Made by a program: the position numbers and the translations under genes
The notes under the pieces: generated by a model
Told to the model about the DNA's origin: nothing
Database searches by the model: none
The model's input: only the letters and a program-made list of their open reading frames with translations
NCBI GenBank assembly: GCA_963764785.1
Contig: CAVXTU010000001.1
Location: forward strand, 930,643-994,642
Length of the DNA stretch: 64,000 nt
Origin: an uncultured Chloroflexia bacterium
GTDB taxonomy: Bacteria; Chloroflexota; Limnocylindria; Limnocylindrales; CSP1-4
Direction: 5' to 3'
Shown here: in pieces, positions 37,134-47,600 of the stretch
Position numbering within the stretch: position 1 is the first letter of the stretch
How the letters are laid out: each line of letters starts with the position of its first letter

Positions 37134-38549
37134 GTGTTCTGGCGCAAGGCTGGCAGAATGCGGACTATGGCAATCATCGATGGTCGTGTCCACGACCCAC
37201 GTCGCAAGCGACTGTTCACGCTGGCCCTGTCAGCCCTGCTGCTCGCCGCGTTCGGCGCATCGGCCCCTGTTGTCGCCCAGGATGAGTCGCCGCCGCCCGC
37301 CCCCTCCGCCGCTTCGACGCCCCTGCCCACGGGTTTCACGCAGAAGATGGCGAACAAGATCGCTGCGGTCATCAAGGCGGTACATCCGGTTCGTGGACTT
37401 CCCGCCGCTGACGACGTCACCTATCGGGTCATCGATCCCGCCGAGTTCCTCTCCGAGGTCGATTCCCTCTTCCATGAGCAGTACAGCGACGCATACATGG
37501 TCGCCGAGGATGCGGCGTTCACCAGGCTGGGACTACTGAAGCCAGACGACGACCTCGAGCAGCTCACCCTTGACCTGTACGACAGTCAGGTGCTGGCCTA
37601 CTACGATCCTCGGACCACGACTTTCTCGCTTGTCGGCCCAGTGGACAACATCGGTTCCCTGGAGTCCATCGTGGTGGCGCATGAATACGAGCATGCACTG
37701 CAGGACGCAGCCTGGGGACTAGAGGACATACGGGTGAAGGATCTCGATCGTTCGGATGCCATCCTTGCCCAGCAGGCACTCATCGAGGGTGACGCCACCG
37801 CCGTCATGTATGACTGGGCCGCGCGTGAGTTGAAGCTATCGGACCTTTTGAAGGTCTCGGCCCAAGCGCTGACCAAGCAGGACCAGCGCCAGCTCAACCG
37901 AACGCCTGACATCCTGCAGCGTCAGCTGGAGTTCCCGTACATCGACGGCTACGCCTTCGTGAACGCCATCCGGGGGCGCGGTGACTGGGATGCCGTGAAT
38001 GCGGTTTGGGACGCCCAACCCGTCTCGACCGAACAGATCCTCCATCCCGAGCTCTATCCCGACGAGCTACCGGTGGACATCACCCTCCCTGACGTCGCTG
38101 CCGCTCTGGGACCGGGTTGGGTCACCTCGTATCAGCAGACCCTCGGTGAGATGCAGACGCATGTCTGGGTCGCCGACGGAGGCAAGGCTCGATCGCTATT
38201 TCCCGCGCTACCCGCCATGTTGCCCAACGCTGAGGCCGCCGCCGGTTGGGGCGGCGACCGATTGGTCAGTCTTGACGGTCCAGCCGGTGCCTGGGCTGTG
38301 GTGTGGCAGACCGATTGGGATAGCAAAGCTGACCAGAAGGAATTCTCCAAGGCGGCCCGCGCAGCCATGAAGGACCTACCCGGCGCTCACTCGGCGACGA
38401 ATACGGACATCGCTGGAGGGCTATCCTCTCCGGTACTCGTCATGGTGGCCGATAGCGAAGGGACGCTTGACGCCGTCAATGCGACCCTAAGCCTCGAATT
38501 CCTGACGCACACGTCGCCGACGAGTGAAGCGAGGAGCGGCGGACGATGA
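37134..38549 (+). CDS. Secreted HEXXH-containing protein (putative zincin-like metalloprotease); paralogous to the C-terminal domain of the giant PASTA protein
   Basis: Signal peptide; VVAHEYEHALQD (HEXXH). The C-terminal ~250 aa align to the 38638..48306 C-term (NAEAAAGWGGDRLVSLDGPAGAWAVVWQTDWDS vs ANAAAGWGGDRLVSLDGPDGSWAIVWQTKWDT). Confidence 0.55.
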   Translation: MFWRKAGRMRTMAIIDGRVHDPRRKRLFTLALSALLLAAFGASAPVVAQDESPPPAPSAASTPLPTGFTQKMANKIAAVIKAVHPVRGLPAADDVTYRVIDPAEFLSEVDSLFHEQYSDAYMVAEDAAFTRLGLLKPDDDLEQLTLDLYDSQVLAYYDPRTTTFSLVGPVDNIGSLESIVVAHEYEHALQDAAWGLEDIRVKDLDRSDAILAQQALIEGDATAVMYDWAARELKLSDLLKVSAQALTKQDQRQLNRTPDILQRQLEFPYIDGYAFVNAIRGRGDWDAVNAVWDAQPVSTEQILHPELYPDELPVDITLPDVAAALGPGWVTSYQQTLGEMQTHVWVADGGKARSLFPALPAMLPNAEAAAGWGGDRLVSLDGPAGAWAVVWQTDWDSKADQKEFSKAARAAMKDLPGAHSATNTDIAGGLSSPVLVMVADSEGTLDAVNATLSLEFLTHTSPTSEARSGGR

Positions 38550-38637
38550 AGAAACGGACACTTGTGTCGGGAACGGCCCAGAAGGGTAGGCCGCATCGCT
38601 CGCACGACCGCGCTGAGTCCCGTAAGGTCCGACTGCC

Positions 38638-41600
38638 ATGACTGATGAGAAGCCGGATACCGGCGACCCGACCGAGTCCACTGACCTCTCGCCCGCTCCA
38701 CCAGACCCGCAGACGCCCGACGCTGCCGCGGAGGAAGTGACTGGCGAGCCTGATGCGGACGCGGTCGATCCAGGCTCGGACTCTGTCCCGGAAGGCGCTA
38801 CTGAACCTGACGCTGACACCCCTGCGACGGATTCTGCTGCAGACCTCGATCCCGCTGCTGAGAGTAGTGCCGGGCCGGCCGCCGAAGTAGGTGCCGAGGC
38901 CGATGCCGATGCCGAGACCGATGCCGAGACCGATGCGGATCTCGAGGCCGATGCCGAGACCGATGCGGACCCCGAGGCCGATGCCGACGGTGGTAACGAG
39001 TCGGATGCCGCCCAGTCGATCGAAGCAGCTGATACCGATGTCGCGGCAGTGGCTGGTGCGGGAGTCGCAGGTGCGGCTTGGACCACCACGCCAGTCGCGC
39101 CTGATCCCGAGGCCACCGAAGCAGCGCTGGCAGCCCTGGCGGCCGGGCCTGAAGTCACGCTCGAGCCGCCCGATGGCCCGCCACCACCGCCTCCGCCCGG
39201 CGACGAGCCCCAGGACGAAGGTACGCCCATCCTGCTGGTGGGTGGCATCCTGGTGGGTGCCTTCATCGTCGCGCTTGCCATCGTCCTGATCCTGTTCCGG
39301 CCATTCGACTCGGGTGGGAACGCGATCCCGTCGCCGTCGCCGATCACGACCGAGGCTCCCAGCGCCAGTCCCAGCGCGATCACCTTCGTGGACACGCCCG
39401 AGTTCATCGGCGGGACCCTGGAAGAAGCGGAACTCAAGGCCGGGGACTACGGCCTCGTGGTGCGCGCCAATCCCGTGGAGGACGATAAGGTAAGTCCGAA
39501 CACAGTGATCGACCAGGATCCAGGTCCTGGAGAGTCTGTCGAGGTCGGTACGACCATCGAACTCTCGGTCGCCGTCCCCGTTCCTACGCATCCCGTCCCG
39601 GATGTCGTGAACATGTCCCAGGCAGACGCGATCGACGCGATCGAAGAGGCCGGCCTTGCGGTCGGCGACATCTCGAACGAGACCAGCGACAAGATCGTGG
39701 CCGGCAACGTCATCGACACCGACCCCGCGGTAGCGACCGAACTGCCGCTTGGAAGCAGCATCGATCTGGTCGTCTCCACCGGCCCGGCCCAGGTGGCCGT
39801 GCCCGACCTCGTCGACAGCCCCGAGGCCGACGTGGCCGCGGCCCTCGATGCCGTCGGCCTGGTCGCGGGTGACCGCACCGAGGCCGCCGACGAGAGCATC
39901 GTCGCGGGCAACGTCATCAGCACCGATCCGAGCGCCGCCAGCGAGGTCGACCCCGGTTCGGCCGTCGCCTACGTCGTCTCCACCGGCCCGGCCCAGGTGG
40001 CCGTGCCCGACCTCGTCGACAGCCCCGAGGCCGACGTGGCCGCGGCCCTCGATGCCGTCGGCCTGGTCGCGGGTGACCGCACCGAGGCCGCCGACGAGAG
40101 CATCGTCGCGGGCAACGTCATCAGCACCGATCCGAGCGCCGCCAGCGAGGTCGACCCCGGTTCGGCCGTCGCCTACGTCGTCTCCACCGGCCCGGCCCAG
40201 GTGGCCGTGCCCGACCTCGTCGACAGCCCCGAGGCCGACGTGGCCGCGGCCCTCGATGCCGTCGGCCTGGTCGCGGGTGACCGCACCGAGGCCGCCGACG
40301 AGAGCATCGTCGCGGGCAACGTCATCAGCACCGATCCGAGCGCCGCCAGCGAGGTCGACCCCGGTTCGGCCGTCGCCTACGTCGTCTCCACCGGCCCGGC
40401 CCAGGTGGCCGTGCCCGACCTCGTCGACAGCCCCGAGGCCGACGTGGCCGCGGCCCTCGATGCCGTCGGCCTGGTCGCGGGTGACCGCACCGAGGCCGCC
40501 GACGAGAGCATCGTCGCGGGCAACGTCATCAGCACCGATCCGAGCGCCGCCAGCGAGGTCGACCCCGGTTCGGCCGTCGCCTACGTCGTCTCCACCGGCC
40601 CGGCCCAGGTGGCCGTGCCCGACCTCGTCGACAGCCCCGAGGCCGACGTGGCCGCGGCCCTCGATGCCGTCGGCCTGGTCGCGGGTGACCGCACCGAGGC
40701 CGCCGACGAGAGCATCGTCGCGGGCAACGTCATCAGCACCGATCCGAGCGCCGCCAGCGAGGTCGACCCCGGTTCGGCCGTCGCCTACGTCGTCTCCACC
40801 GGCCCGGCCCAGGTGGCCGTGCCCGACCTCGTCGACAGCCCCGAGGCCGACGTGGCCGCGGCCCTCGATGCCGTCGGCCTGGTCGCGGGTGACCGCACCG
40901 AGGCCGCCGACGAGAGCATCGTCGCGGGCAACGTCATCAGCACCGATCCGAGCGCCGCCAGCGAGGTCGACCCCGGTTCGGCCGTCGCCTACGTCGTCTC
41001 CACCGGCCCGGCCCAGGTGGCCGTGCCCGACCTCGTCGACAGCCCCGAGGCCGACGTGGCCGCGGCCCTCGATGCCGTCGGCCTGGTCGCGGGTGACCGC
41101 ACCGAGGCCGCCGACGAGAGCATCGTCGCGGGCAACGTCATCAGCACCGATCCGAGCGCCGCCAGCGAGGTCGACCCCGGTTCGGCCGTCGCCTACGTCG
41201 TCTCCACCGGCCCGGCCCAGGTGGCCGTGCCCGACCTCGTCGACAGCCCCGAGGCCGACGTGGCCGCGGCCCTCGATGCCGTCGGCCTGGTCGCGGGTGA
41301 CCGCACCGAGGCCGCCGACGAGAGCATCGTCGCGGGCAACGTCATCAGCACCGATCCGAGCGCCGCCAGCGAGGTCGACCCCGGTTCGGCCGTCGCCTAC
41401 GTCGTCTCCACCGGCCCGGCCCAGGTGGCCGTGCCCGACCTCGTCGACAGCCCCGAGGCCGACGTGGCCGCGGCCCTCGATGCCGTCGGCCTGGTCGCGG
41501 GTGACCGCACCGAGGCCGCCGACGAGAGCATCGTCGCGGGCAACGTCATCAGCACCGATCCGAGCGCCGCCAGCGAGGTCGACCCCGGTTCGGCCGTCGC

Positions 41601-44600
41601 CTACGTCGTCTCCACCGGCCCGGCCCAGGTGGCCGTGCCCGACCTCGTCGACAGCCCCGAGGCCGACGTGGCCGCGGCCCTCGATGCCGTCGGCCTGGTC
41701 GCGGGTGACCGCACCGAGGCCGCCGACGAGAGCATCGTCGCGGGCAACGTCATCAGCACCGATCCGAGCGCCGCCAGCGAGGTCGACCCCGGTTCGGCCG
41801 TCGCCTACGTCGTCTCCACCGGCCCGGCCCAGGTGGCCGTGCCCGACCTCGTCGACAGCCCCGAGGCCGACGTGGCCGCGGCCCTCGATGCCGTCGGCCT
41901 GGTCGCGGGTGACCGCACCGAGGCCGCCGACGAGAGCATCGTCGCGGGCAACGTCATCAGCACCGATCCGAGCGCCGCCAGCGAGGTCGACCCCGGTTCG
42001 GCCGTCGCCTACGTCGTCTCCACCGGCCCGGCCCAGGTGGCCGTGCCCGACCTCGTCGACAGCCCCGAGGCCGACGTGGCCGCGGCCCTCGATGCCGTCG
42101 GCCTGGTCGCGGGTGACCGCACCGAGGCCGCCGACGAGAGCATCGTCGCGGGCAACGTCATCAGCACCGATCCGAGCGCCGCCAGCGAGGTCGACCCCGG
42201 TTCGGCCGTCGCCTACGTCGTCTCCACCGGCCCGGCCCAGGTGGCCGTGCCCGACCTCGTCGACAGCCCCGAGGCCGACGTGGCCGCGGCCCTCGATGCC
42301 GTCGGCCTGGTCGCGGGTGACCGCACCGAGGCCGCCGACGAGAGCATCGTCGCGGGCAACGTCATCAGCACCGATCCGAGCGCCGCCAGCGAGGTCGACC
42401 CCGGTTCGGCCGTCGCCTACGTCGTCTCCACCGGCCCGGCCCAGGTGGCCGTGCCCGACCTCGTCGACAGCCCCGAGGCCGACGTGGCCGCGGCCCTCGA
42501 TGCCGTCGGCCTGGTCGCGGGTGACCGCACCGAGGCCGCCGACGAGAGCATCGTCGCGGGCAACGTCATCAGCACCGATCCGAGCGCCGCCAGCGAGGTC
42601 GACCCCGGTTCGGCCGTCGCCTACGTCGTCTCCACCGGCCCGGCCCAGGTGGCCGTGCCCGACCTCGTCGACAGCCCCGAGGCCGACGTGGCCGCGGCCC
42701 TCGATGCCGTCGGCCTGGTCGCGGGTGACCGCACCGAGGCCGCCGACGAGAGCATCGTCGCGGGCAACGTCATCAGCACCGATCCGAGCGCCGCCAGCGA
42801 GGTCGACCCCGGTTCGGCCGTCGCCTACGTCGTCTCCACCGGCCCGGCCCAGGTGGCCGTGCCCGACCTCGTCGACAGCCCCGAGGCCGACGTGGCCGCG
42901 GCCCTCGATGCCGTCGGCCTGGTCGCGGGTGACCGCACCGAGGCCGCCGACGAGAGCATCGTCGCGGGCAACGTCATCAGCACCGATCCGAGCGCCGCCA
43001 GCGAGGTCGACCCCGGTTCGGCCGTCGCCTACGTCGTCTCCACCGGCCCGGCCCAGGTGGCCGTGCCCGACCTCGTCGACAGCCCCGAGGCCGACGTGGC
43101 CGCGGCCCTCGATGCCGTCGGCCTGGTCGCGGGTGACCGCACCGAGGCCGCCGACGAGAGCATCGTCGCGGGCAACGTCATCAGCACCGATCCGAGCGCC
43201 GCCAGCGAGGTCGACCCCGGTTCGGCCGTCGCCTACGTCGTCTCCACCGGCCCGGCCCAGGTGGCCGTGCCCGACCTCGTCGACAGCCCCGAGGCCGACG
43301 TGGCCGCGGCCCTCGATGCCGTCGGCCTGGTCGCGGGTGACCGCACCGAGGCCGCCGACGAGAGCATCGTCGCGGGCAACGTCATCAGCACCGATCCGAG
43401 CGCCGCCAGCGAGGTCGACCCCGGTTCGGCCGTCGCCTACGTCGTCTCCACCGGCCCGGCCCAGGTGGCCGTGCCCGACCTCGTCGACAGCCCCGAGGCC
43501 GACGTGGCCGCGGCCCTCGATGCCGTCGGCCTGGTCGCGGGTGACCGCACCGAGGCCGCCGACGAGAGCATCGTCGCGGGCAACGTCATCAGCACCGATC
43601 CGAGCGCCGCCAGCGAGGTCGACCCCGGTTCGGCCGTCGCCTACGTCGTCTCCACCGGCCCGGCCCAGGTGGCCGTGCCCGACCTCGTCGACAGCCCCGA
43701 GGCCGACGTGGCCGCGGCCCTCGATGCCGTCGGCCTGGTCGCGGGTGACCGCACCGAGGCCGCCGACGAGAGCATCGTCGCGGGCAACGTCATCAGCACC
43801 GATCCGAGCGCCGCCAGCGAGGTCGACCCCGGTTCGGCCGTCGCCTACGTCGTCTCCACCGGCCCGGCCCAGGTGGCCGTGCCCGACCTCGTCGACAGCC
43901 CCGAGGCCGACGTGGCCGCGGCCCTCGATGCCGTCGGCCTGGTCGCGGGTGACCGCACCGAGGCCGCCGACGAGAGCATCGTCGCGGGCAACGTCATCAG
44001 CACCGATCCGAGCGCCGCCAGCGAGGTCGACCCCGGTTCGGCCGTCGCCTACGTCGTCTCCACCGGCCCGGCCCAGGTGGCCGTGCCCGACCTCGTCGAC
44101 AGCCCCGAGGCCGACGTGGCCGCGGCCCTCGATGCCGTCGGCCTGGTCGCGGGTGACCGCACCGAGGCCGCCGACGAGAGCATCGTCGCGGGCAACGTCA
44201 TCAGCACCGATCCGAGCGCCGCCAGCGAGGTCGACCCCGGTTCGGCCGTCGCCTACGTCGTCTCCACCGGCCCGGCCCAGGTGGAGACACCTGACGTGCG
44301 CGGCATGTCACTCGAGGACGCACAGGCCGAAGCGGAGCTTTCTCGCCTCATCATGCAGACCACCGATGTCGAGACGAATGATGTCCCACCCGACACGATC
44401 GTTTCGCAGGATCCGGTCGGTGGAACACTCGTTGACGTCGGTTCGACCATCGTCGTCTCCGTTGCTGTGGCCATTCCTCCTGTCGCGGTGCCCGACGTTC
44501 GAAATCTCGCCGAGACGGACGCGATCGGTGCCATCCAATCCGCCGGTCTCAGCGTGGAACAGGTCGACGAACGTACCAATGCCACGGTCCCGGCTGGCGA

Positions 44601-47600
44601 GGCGGTCAGGACCGAGCCTGCGGCAGGCGAGATGCTCGAGGTCGGCTCATCGGTCGTCCTGGTCATGAGCAAGGGTCCCAAGCAGGTCGAAGTCCCAGAT
44701 ATCACGGGACTTTCGGAGGACGACGCGATCGGCGCCCTCCAGGGCGCCGAGTTGACTGCGGGCGAGGCCACGCAGCAGTTCAGCGACGCCGTAGCGGCAG
44801 GTGACGTCATCAGCTCCGATCCGGCGGCCGGCGCCACCGTCGACGCCGCCAGCACCGTCGACTATGTCGTCAGCCAGGGGGTCGAGCAGGTCGAGGTCCC
44901 CGATCTTTCCGGCCCCGCGGCCGACGCAGATCAGACTCTCATCGATGCCGGGCTCGTCGGGAGCAGCAGTGCCGACTTCAGCGGCAGCGTGCCCGTGGGT
45001 GAAGTCATCAGCCAGACTCCTGCCGCCGGCGACATCGTCGACATCGGTTCCTCCGTCGACTATGTCGTCAGCCAGGGCGTCGAACAGGTCAACGTTCCCG
45101 ATCTTTCCGGCCCCGCGGCCGACGCAGATCAGACTCTCATCGATGCCGGGCTCGTCGGGAGCAGCACTGCCGACTTCAGTGAAACCGTGCCTGATGGTGA
45201 CGTCATCAGCCAGGACCCCGCAGCCGGCGAGCCGGTCGACATCGGGTCCACGGTCGACTACGTGGTCAGCCAGGGACCCACGCCGATCGTCACGGTCCCG
45301 AACGTCCGCGATGTGCCTCAAGGCGATGCGGTCGCCTCCATCGAGGCCGAGGGCCTGGTGGTTGGTGAGACCGTCGAACAGTTCCATGAAAAGGTCGCAG
45401 CCGGCAACGCCATCAAGACCGATCCAGCCGCTGACTCCGAGGTCCCCATCGGATCGGCGGTTACGTTGTACGTCTCTAGTGGTCCGGCCACGGTCACCAT
45501 CCCCGAGGTCAAGGACACCCCTGCGGCCGATGCCCAGGCCACGCTCGAGGCCGAGGGCCTCGTGGTCAGCACCGAGGAACGCACCAACAGCAAGATCGCC
45601 GCGGGCAACGCGGTCAAGACCGATCCCGCCGCCGGCACCGACGTCGAGGCCGGTGCCACGGTCAGCCTCATCGTCAGCAAGGGCCCCAAGCCTGCCACGG
45701 TCCCCGACATCGTCGGTCTCCCCAGGGGCCAGGCCACCTCGGCCATCACCGATGCCAAGCTGAGCGTCGGCGCCGAGACCGTCGTGGCTGACCCGTCACC
45801 CAAGAACACCGTGCTGTCCCAGGATCCCCCGGCCGCTGCCGAGGTCCCCGAGGGCACCGCGGTCGATTACAGCATCAGCTCCGGTCCGGCCACGGTCACC
45901 ATCCCCGAGGTCAAGGACACCCCTGCGGCCGATGCCCAGGCCACGCTCGAGGCCGAGGGCCTCGTGGTCAGCACCGAGGAACGCACCAACAGCAAGATCG
46001 CCGCGGGCAACGCGGTCAAGACCGATCCCGCCGCCGGCACCGACGTCGAGGCCGGTGCCACGGTCAGCCTCATCGTCAGCAAGGGCCCCAAGCCTGCCAC
46101 GGTCCCCGACATCGTCGGTCTCCCCAGGGGCCAGGCCACCTCGGCCATCACCGATGCCAAGCTGAGCGTCGGCGCCGAGACCGTCGTGGCTGACCCGTCA
46201 CCCAAGAACACCGTGCTGTCCCAGGATCCCCCGGCCGCTGCCGAGGTCCCCGAGGGCACCGCGGTCGATTACAGCATCAGCTCCGGTCCGGCCACGGTCA
46301 CCATCCCCGAGGTCAAGGACACCCCTGCGGCCGATGCCCAGGCCACGCTCGAGGCCGAGGGCCTCGTGGTCAGCACCGAGGAACGCACCAACAGCAAGAT
46401 CGCCGCGGGCAACGCGGTCAAGACCGATCCCGCCGCCGGCACCGACGTCGAGGCCGGTGCCACGGTCAGCCTCATCGTCAGCAAGGGCCCCAAGCCTGCC
46501 ACGGTCCCCGACATCGTCGGTCTCCCCAGGGGCCAGGCCACCTCGGCCATCACCGATGCCAAGCTGAGCGTCGGCGCCGAGACCGTCGTGGCTGACCCGT
46601 CACCCAAGAACACCGTGCTGTCCCAGGATCCCCCGGCCGCTGCCGAGGTCCCCGAGGGCACCGCGGTCGATTACAGCATCAGCTCCGGTCCGGCCACGGT
46701 CACCATCCCCGAGGTCAAGGACACCCCTGCGGCCGATGCCCAGGCCACGCTCGAGGCCGAGGGCCTCGTGGTCAGCACCGAGGAACGCACCAACAGCAAG
46801 ATCGCCGCGGGCAACGCGGTCAAGACCGATCCCGCCGCCGGCACCGACGTCGAGGCCGGTGCCACGGTCAGCCTCATCGTCAGCAAGGGCCCCAAGCCTG
46901 CCACGGTCCCCGACATCGTCGGCATGCCCGAGGCTGATGCCATCAGCGCACTCCAGGCAGCCAACCTGGTGCCCGGCACTCCCACCGAGGTGATCGATGA
47001 GAGCGTCCCGGCCGGTCAGGTGATCGCTCAGGATCCGAATAGCGGAACCTCAGTACCGCAAGGGACGACTGTCGACTACACCATCTCCGCTGGAGCATCC
47101 GTCGAACCTCGCGGCGCGGGTGGTTCGCTCGACAACCCGACCCTCAGTGCCCAGCTCGATGAGGTCGCTTCCACGGTTCCGGACATCCGCCAGCTAGCGC
47201 TTGGGAACACGCCGTATGACGGTGCCAACCGGGCGGCGCAGGAGTCGCTGCTGTCAGAACGCTCGGCGGTCATGTATGACCCGTCGACTCTGGGCCAGGA
47301 ACAGGAAGCGCTGGCTCGCATGGGCCTGCTCGGTTCCGGTGATGATCTTGCGGCTCTGCTCGACGAGCTCTATGGCCAGAGCCTGCCGATCGCTTACATC
47401 GAGCAACGTGGCCGCCAGTCGATCCTTCAATCCATCGACAAATTCAGTGTCGCCCAACGGGCGGAAGCGGCACGGGAATTCGGTCGCGCCGCCACATCCC
47501 AGGCATTCGGGAGTGACGCGATCGGTGTTGGCGATGCCACCAACGGTGACCAGGCATTGGCCGGCGTCGCGCTCCAGCAGGGCGACGGCACCGTGGTCAT

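Noticed and set aside
39749-44668. 1639-aa ORF in an alternate + frame across the PASTA repeats (Pro/Ser/Thr/Arg-rich)
   Set aside because: Same-strand out-of-frame translation of the 204-bp repeat. It is low-complexity, and the PASTA frame is the one with domain structure and continuity from the TM segment.
39777-46920. Possibility that the periodic repeats are a CRISPR array
   Set aside because: There is no repeat-spacer alternation; units are contiguous and in-frame coding (PASTA domains); no cas genes.
45867-46985. Minus-strand ORFs (130, 130, 104 aa) and short + ORFs tiling the 402-bp repeats
   Set aside because: Antisense or alternate-frame reflections of the repeat; identical copies merely mirror the repeat period.
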